Shown piece after piece: positions 57,824 to 64,000 of a DNA stretch of 64,000 nucleotides. How positions within the stretch are numbered: position 1 is the first letter of the stretch; each line of letters starts with the position of its first letter. Source of the stretch: Trypanosoma brucei. Its lineage: Eukaryota. The translations under genes and the position numbers were made by a program. The notes under the pieces were generated by a model. The model did not search any database. It saw nothing but the letters and a program-made list of their open reading frames with translations, and was not told the origin of the DNA. The DNA lies in NCBI GenBank assembly GCA_000002445.1, contig CP000068.1, positions 480,001-544,000 on the forward strand. The letters are read 5' to 3'.

Positions 57824-58591
57824 ATGGAAGGAAGTGGAAGTAACTTCTTTACTGGTGCCGCGGCGAACTCAAATGCCGCCACGCAGCAGCGGCGGGTGCA
57901 CCCGATCCGCCCCGTCACAATTAAACAACTGCTCGAGGCTCAACGTGTGGGTGAAGGTGTGACGGTTATTGATGGTCGTGAGGTGACACAAGCAACTGTT
58001 GTGGGGCGAGTGGTGGGCTACGAAAACGATAGCGACAACCGCTTCAGTGGCGGTGCCCTCACGGCTAAACACCACGGCTACCGAATTACTGATGGCACTG
58101 GTGTTGTTGTGGTGCGGCAGTGGATGGATGCCGACCAGCAGGATGATCCGCTGCCATTGCAATGTTATGTGCGGGCAGCCGGTACAGTGAAGATGTGGCA
58201 AAACTCTCCTATTGTTACGGGCACGGTGCGGCTTGTGTCAGACTGTAATGAACTAAACTATCACTTTCTTGACGTGATTCTCACACATCTACGACTCACG
58301 CAGGGGTCGCGACGTCCCAGCTCTGCTGCTCCCGCTGCAGTTCCCAATACGGCGAGTGCAGTCGGTGTTCAGAACATGTTTCCTGGTGGTGATGGAAAGG
58401 TGTTCACGACTGATGTTGTCATCAACACAATCAGGCAGAAGGCACGGGGGGAGGAGGGACTTTCCATGGATGAAATCTCTGCGGCTGCATTGCAATATGG
58501 TTTCAGTGGTCAAGACGTACGCAACGCCATACGTACGTTGATGGAGGAGGGAAAGATTTACCAAACACATGATTGTAAGTTTGGCATTTAA
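57824..58591 (+). CDS. RPA2: replication protein A 32-kDa subunit (RPA2)
   Basis: 255-aa ORF with ATG start. The N-terminal tail is unstructured. The OB fold (PVTIKQLLEA...VTVIDGREVTQATVVGRVVGYEN...YRITDGTGVV...VRAAGTV) is followed by a C-terminal winged-helix region (LSMDEISAAALQYGFSGQDVRNAIRTLMEEGKIYQTHD). This is typical RPA2 architecture. Confidence 0.75.
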   Translation: MEGSGSNFFTGAAANSNAATQQRRVHPIRPVTIKQLLEAQRVGEGVTVIDGREVTQATVVGRVVGYENDSDNRFSGGALTAKHHGYRITDGTGVVVVRQWMDADQQDDPLPLQCYVRAAGTVKMWQNSPIVTGTVRLVSDCNELNYHFLDVILTHLRLTQGSRRPSSAAPAAVPNTASAVGVQNMFPGGDGKVFTTDVVINTIRQKARGEEGLSMDEISAAALQYGFSGQDVRNAIRTLMEEGKIYQTHDCKFGI

Positions 58592-59057
58592 AACAAAATG
58601 AAACAATAAAGAGGGGGGAAAAAAAAGAATAGTAGTTCTTGCACGTAATTTTTTCACCTATGCCTGTTGGTGTTGTGGTGTGCTTGCGGCCGGAGGAGGA
58701 GGAAGAAGAGGAGTTGGGGATGGGGTGTTGGGCTTAGACTATGGGAAAAAAAAAATGCACGTATTTGCATATGCATGTATTTATTTATGTATGTGCCTGT
58801 GGTGTCGGGGGAGAAAAATTTTGTTTTTTTTTTTTGAGTCTGGGCGTGGGTGATGCGGGAAAAGGGGGGGGGTGAAAAAAGAAGAAAAATGGGAATAACT
58901 TGCAAAATAGGAATGGAGGTAGTGGAAGGGAAAGGGGAGAAGCCAACAGAAACGTTTTTCTTCCTGTCACTTTATTTCTTTGTGCTTGTTTAGCAGGCTT
59001 TCCTTTGTTACCTGCTTTAACGGTCAGTGGCGGATAGAATGGTATGAATATAAATAA

Positions 59058-59088
<31 letters not shown>

Positions 59089-60812
59089 TATACGTATGCG
59101 TACCTATATACATCTGGAGAGAAGGCTGAAGTAATTTTTGTGCTTCCTTTTTCCTTTAGCTTTATTGATTTGTGCAGATGCCAGCCACTGGGCGTACAGG
59201 TGAAAGATTAAAAATTGTGTCTGGCGCACCGTTTAAATAAGTGTGACTCATCTTTATGCATTATATACATTATATATATATATATATATACAGAATAAAA
59301 CAAACTATAGAAATGCCCCTTCCCCTCTATTTTCAACTCTCTATTTTTACCATCAGTATGAGGCACTGCCGCTGCAAAAATTTTCCCTCCATTGTTGTGA
59401 CCATGGTGGTGAATAGCAGCAGAGGGCGTTACTTGTGACAATAATAATAATAATGATAATGATAATAGTAATAGCCGTAATGAGAGGAATAATAATGAGA
59501 ATAATATGTTGCAACACCATGACACATGTGCGAGCGGGCCGCGCAGTGGTGTGTTTCATAGCGGATGGGAGGGGGGAGGTGCGGCGGCAGGGGAATAAAA
59601 ATTGTGTTTGTTTGTTTTTTATTTTGCTTTTCTTTCTCTGTCATTGTTGCAGTCATTTGTTGGTATGTTTATTATCATTTTGAAGAAGATACTTTTCTTC
59701 CCATTCATTTTTCCTCCATTTTTTTTTTCTTGTTTATATTGTGTGAGTCCTCTGCCCTATCCCGCGTATCATATTGGGGCTTTCCATTTTGTTCTTTTAT
59801 TATTGTTTTAATTCCCGCTAATCTGTACCGTTTATTATATTGTCACGAGTAACGTGTGTTGCTGATAATGTCATGTGCGCACGCATGTTAGGGACTTTTC
59901 TTCCCCTCCCCCCCCCCATTCGAAGAGTTGTGCGCTGCGTTTTTTTTTTTACTATTTTGTTTTTATGCGTATTTGTGCGAAGGAAGCGGGGAAGGATTGG
60001 TGAGTTTGGTTGGTTGAGGAAAAAAAACAAAACGAAGGGAAATGATACACCTTAAGAAGAAATACGGGGGAAAAAAGAAAAAGAAGGAAAGAAAGACGTT
60101 GGAGGACAGGAGGAGAGTATTTATCTGCTTATACATATATATATATATGTGTGTGTGTGTGTATGTGTGATATATTTGTGGAAAAGGCAGCATTAGTTAA
60201 GTACTGTGTTTTTTTTTTTCCGCCCCAAGTTCTTACCTGTCTTTTGCCTTTATCTCTTCACATATCCCTCACATATGTGAGTACGCATTTGTGTGCTGTC
60301 CATCACCATTTTCCACTGAATGGGGTTGGAAGTGCTTTAAAATGGATTCACCTCCTCTCTTCCATCCTTACTTTCCTCCATTTTCTTTTTTCTTTTTTTT
60401 CGTTACTGCGCGCTTTTTTTCTTTGAAAGCCCCAAAGATGGATGATGTTGTTTCCCTTTTGTTGTTGTTGTTTTTTCTGTCCAGTCCTTAATTTTGTGTC
60501 CCGTGTGGTCACACTTTCTTTCCCTTTGTTTTTTTCGTACTTTTCTATTTTGGCTTCTCTCATCCTTTTTTTAAAATTTAATTCTTGTGGCTCAATGCGC
60601 TTCGTTTTTCTCCCTTTTCACTGCAACTTATTACATCCTCTTCATCATCAACGTGGTAAGAGAGGCGAAAAAACTAAAAGATAATTTAGTAACTATCAGT
60701 CTATTGGTAGGAGAAAAGTTAGTTCGTTACGCACGTAAGATTATTTACAAAATAAATCTACATACAGGTTTTAAAGTAAAGGTTTTTTTGTTTTTGAAAG
60801 GAGGGAAACAAA

Positions 60813-60843
<31 letters not shown>

Positions 60844-60866
60844 TAAAACCAAATCGAAGTGGAAGA

Positions 60867-61433
60867 ATGATGCGCCGTGTTTATGCCCCGGTGTTTTGCA
60901 GTGTTGCCGCTGCCCGCTTTGCCGCCACCAGCGCCGCGAAGAAGTATGATTTATTTGGTTATGAGGTGGATACCAACACTGCACCATGGATTGAAAAGAT
61001 CAAGAAGTGCAAGTATTACGACGAAGCCGGGGAGGTGCTCGTAAACATGAACGTCAGTAACTGCCCGCCGGATATCGCCACATATAATGCCACACTCCAG
61101 TGTATTTACCAGTCCCCCTCGAAGCAGTCGACACCCGTGGATAATGAAAGTAAGTTCTGCGCGATGATGGATTTGTTGGAGGAGATGCAGCACCGTAACA
61201 GGTTAAAACCTAACGAAGAATCCTGGACATGGGTGATGAAGGAGTGCGTAAAGAGTGGCCAGTTCCGCCTCGGCTACTGCATTCAACAGGTGATGGAAAC
61301 GGAATGTAAGGGATGCCCAGCAGATCTCGTAAAGGCCAATGAAGCCAATGCACAGAAGGCGAAAACAGAGGGGAAAGAACATCCAGGGCACCTTTCACAG
61401 CAGGCAGGATTGTTTGATGTAAAGGTAGAGTAA
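60867..61433 (+). CDS. small mitochondrial PPR-like protein, probably the euglenozoan-specific F1-ATPase subunit p18
   Basis: 188-aa ORF with ATG start. The presequence-like N-terminus is MMRRVYAPVFCSVAAARFAATSA. Two or three 35-aa helix-turn-helix PPR-like units follow (PDIATYNATLQCIY..., PNEESWTWVMKECVKSGQFRLGYCIQQVM). From memory, p18 lies immediately downstream of RPA2 on T. brucei chromosome 5. Confidence 0.55.
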   Translation: MMRRVYAPVFCSVAAARFAATSAAKKYDLFGYEVDTNTAPWIEKIKKCKYYDEAGEVLVNMNVSNCPPDIATYNATLQCIYQSPSKQSTPVDNESKFCAMMDLLEEMQHRNRLKPNEESWTWVMKECVKSGQFRLGYCIQQVMETECKGCPADLVKANEANAQKAKTEGKEHPGHLSQQAGLFDVKVE

Positions 61434-61810
61434 AAGTACCTCCCCACACACGCAATAGAGGATTCTCTTTTTGACATTCTTCTTGTGTTTAGGTTTTGTG
61501 GGTGTGGTGTGGTGTGGTGTGGCGCCTCTATTTGTATGTTTATTTATTTGGTCGCGTCGGGTAGTTGGCTTGCGCACTCGCAACATATTGACCTTTTTCT
61601 CGAATAAACATAAATATATATATATATATATATTTTCTAGTACGTAGGTGTGTGTGTGTGTGTGTATGTATGGGTGTGTTGGGGTGGCTTTGTTTGAGAA
61701 GGGGCGTGTAGTAATGCTGTGGGAGTTTGGATAGGGAAAGGTTTCGTCTCTCTCTCTCTCTCTCTGTGCGTGTGTGTTTATAATATGCATGCATGGAGTG
61801 ATTGGTGTGC

Positions 61811-61860
61811 GGAGGTGGGACGGGACGGCGCGTGGCGGGACGGGACGGGACGGGACGGGA
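61811..61860 (+). repeat. (GGGAC)n G-rich repeat, canonical G-quadruplex motif on the plus strand
   Basis: ggaggtgggacgggacggcgcgtggcgggacgggacgggacgggacggga has at least six G3 tracts with 2-3 nt loops. It lies in the intergenic spacer downstream of the p18-like gene. Confidence 0.7.
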
Positions 61861-63012
61861 AAAAAAAGAACACAAGGAAGGTAAGAAGGAAGGGAGAGTC
61901 AGAGGTAAGTTGCAAGGCAATACGCGCATCTTGTCGGTTCGTTACCATGCGTGTGTGGTGTGTGGTGGGGTGTGGCGACACATTATTTTCTTTCGTTTTA
62001 TTTTTTGTTTCACCACCGCCGCAAGTGCTTACCATCACCATCACTCTCTCTCCACATACAAGCTTCCTCTTTATCTTCTCTTGTTTAACAATAATAATAA
62101 TTTATCATTATTATTATGAAAATTTCTTATTCCTAAAAATTCTGTCGGTTGCCGTTCGTAATGTGTTGTTGTTAGTTTGGTACTAGTAGCGGTGGAAAGG
62201 GAGATTCTGGGAAATGTTGAGGTAATGCATGTGCATGCGTGTATACGAACACTTTGCGTATGTGCATATGTGCGTACCGCTTCCCTATATCTTCCTCTAT
62301 CTCTCTCTCTATATTTATATATATATATATATTCGTATGCGTGTGAATGATGCTTATTTGTCTTGCATTCCTCCTGTGCCGGGGGGAGTGCGCGAGTAAT
62401 GTGATCCGTGTGTGCGTATGAAGGAAGTATAGTAATGGTCGATAATTCATTTTGTCCCTCTTCTCCTCTTTTTGGTTGCTATTGGCTTTGCCATTCTTAT
62501 TTTATTTTTTAGTCTCGCAAACATTAGAGCATAGATATTCCTACATGCATGTCGTCTTTTCCATATACCTACCACCCTTTTAGTATCACGCGACTGTTAG
62601 GGCTTCTGGAAAGTATGCTTGTATTTGTTCGAATATACTTGAGGGGGAGGAGTTGGACTTTGAGTTTATTTATCTGTAGCGTTCTTCGGCCTATTTTCCT
62701 TATTCCGTTACATGCAAGAAGCGCTGAGCTGCGGTAGAAGGAACAGCAACACATTACAAACTGCCACTGACACCATCTTTAACACAATGGTTGTTATTTG
62801 TTGTTGTCATTATGATTTTTATTATGTATGACCAACCTTTTTGTTTTTCCCTACCCCACGCCATGTCGTGTTCACAGCGGTAACATTCGTAGCAGCGGCG
62901 TCAGTTATTATCAACTTTAGTTTTACTCTGTTTTCTCTTTCTCTTTCCTTATTTGTTTCTTTAACTTTCGAGCAAAAGGAGGAGGAGGAGGGGGGGGGTA
63001 TCGGAGTTGAAT

Positions 63013-64000
63013 ATGAGGGGGTCTTTGCCTCTTTTATTCAACCCTGTGCTACCGCCAAGTACCGCCCGCTTGCGTTTGCTGACGTACCCGATGGCTCTCG
63101 CTCAACCTCATGCCTCTGTGCCTCTCATTCAGCCAACTATTGATGGCACACATGACGGCCGAAATGGTGCGACCGTTTCATTAAGGACACAAGCAAGAAT
63201 GCATGGCACTGCAGATAGCACGATGGCAACTGCGGGGGATAGCTCACAGAACAACAGTGTTATGGATTCGCCGCGCTGGTTGCGTAACCCCGATGAGTTG
63301 TGCGTCGCCGCGCTACGGCGCAGTAGGGACGTGAACAAAATTAACTCCTATGTCGCCACGTATAAGTTCGATGATCCTCAGTGGGCTCCGCTGCTTCTGC
63401 CGGAGGTAACGCTACGGCCACAAGTGAATTCAACTGGTGACAAACCAAACGGTGGGAATGAAGCAGCAGCCGACGTGGTTTCGGTTGGTCCCTCTGTTTC
63501 AGCAACTCCAGAATCCACCCCACCGCCGCCGCCGTCATCATCATCATCGTCACCGTATTCCTGCCACGCTGATTGTGTATCGATAAGTCACAACAAAATG
63601 ATCATGTTGGAGTGTATGTCCCGCCATGTGAATTTCTCACTGCGGCATATTGTACAAAAGGGACACGGTATATATCTTATTTACCATGCGCAGCATAGTA
63701 TTTTGCAACCAAAAGGCTTGGTGGAGCAATCCTTTGTGACGTGTTCATTTGGCATCCGTGGGGAGCGCTTGCGCACAGACATTGTGCACGTGGGTCCAAT
63801 TGACGCTGCTGATGTCATGGAGTTGCAACCCTCAGAGGGGCATGACCATCCACGATGTTGTTTCAACCTATACCAGAAGTCAGATGTGAGGCGCGGTGTT
63901 ATTGCTGTCTCTCAAGTGGAGGGATATGGTACCTGGTTTCAGCGGAAGCCGATGTTGTGGCAGCGCTCAAGACGAATTGGGGCACTGCAAAGCCAGCTCG
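63013..64000 (+). CDS. hypothetical protein, 5' partial (ORF continues beyond the window end)
   Basis: Not in the supplied track because it has no stop within the window. I walked frame 1 from ATG 63013 (alternative ATG 63091) to base 64000 and saw no stop in 329 codons. It is preceded by a T-rich spacer. It contains a P/S-rich tract (TPPPPPSSSSSSP). Confidence 0.5.
   Translation, partial: MRGSLPLLFNPVLPPSTARLRLLTYPMALAQPHASVPLIQPTIDGTHDGRNGATVSLRTQARMHGTADSTMATAGDSSQNNSVMDSPRWLRNPDELCVAALRRSRDVNKINSYVATYKFDDPQWAPLLLPEVTLRPQVNSTGDKPNGGNEAAADVVSVGPSVSATPESTPPPPPSSSSSSPYSCHADCVSISHNKMIMLECMSRHVNFSLRHIVQKGHGIYLIYHAQHSILQPKGLVEQSFVTCSFGIRGERLRTDIVHVGPIDAADVMELQPSEGHDHPRCCFNLYQKSDVRRGVIAVSQVEGYGTWFQRKPMLWQRSRRIGALQSQL

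Noticed and set aside
61497-61520. (GGTGT)5 as a telomere-like repeat
   Set aside because: The trypanosome telomere unit is TTAGGG. This is a short isolated pentanucleotide microsatellite amid other simple repeats.
1-64000. Retroelements (ingi/RIME/SLACS-like), RHS genes, or VSG/ESAG-type accessory genes
   Set aside because: No reverse-transcriptase, endonuclease or RHS-like ORF is present. There are no 70-bp or telomeric TTAGGG repeats. Every long ORF has a housekeeping or conserved-hypothetical character, consistent with a chromosome core region.

Overview
The window reads as nuclear DNA from a trypanosomatid, most likely an African trypanosome of the Trypanosoma brucei group. Genes are intronless, densely packed and arranged in two long same-strand arrays, with polypyrimidine-rich spacers and many (TA)n, (GT)n, (CA)n microsatellites and long homopolymer runs. 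Seven genes on the minus strand (coordinates 259-18341) are followed by a roughly 7-9 kb gene-poor divergent strand-switch region, then about 14 genes on the plus strand (25212 to the window end). Transcription therefore most plausibly initiates bidirectionally in the 18.4-27.9 kb interval.

Recognisable products on the minus strand are mitochondrial HslU, an FMO-like flavin monooxygenase, a transglutaminase-like hypothetical protein, a mitochondrial carrier, a DECD-variant DEAD-box helicase and two tandem TIS11-like CCCH zinc-finger genes. On the plus strand they are a CFAP20/DUF667-domain protein, ribosomal protein L13a, a cytochrome-b5-like MAPR protein, a coiled-coil repeat protein, a DYRK-family kinase, a PP2C phosphatase, a WD40 protein, a 1751-aa hypothetical protein, RPA2 and a small PPR-like mitochondrial protein. 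The plus-strand array also includes several hypothetical proteins and an ORF that runs off the window end. From memory (not a search), this gene order matches T. brucei chromosome 5 around HslU1, ZC3H12, ZC3H13, RPA2 and ATPase subunit p18; if so, the window is conserved core rather than accessory.

The supplied ORF track uses non-ATG (TTG/GTG) start codons for several ORFs. I re-trimmed those ORFs to the first in-frame ATG. I found no tRNA, rRNA, CRISPR array or retroelement.
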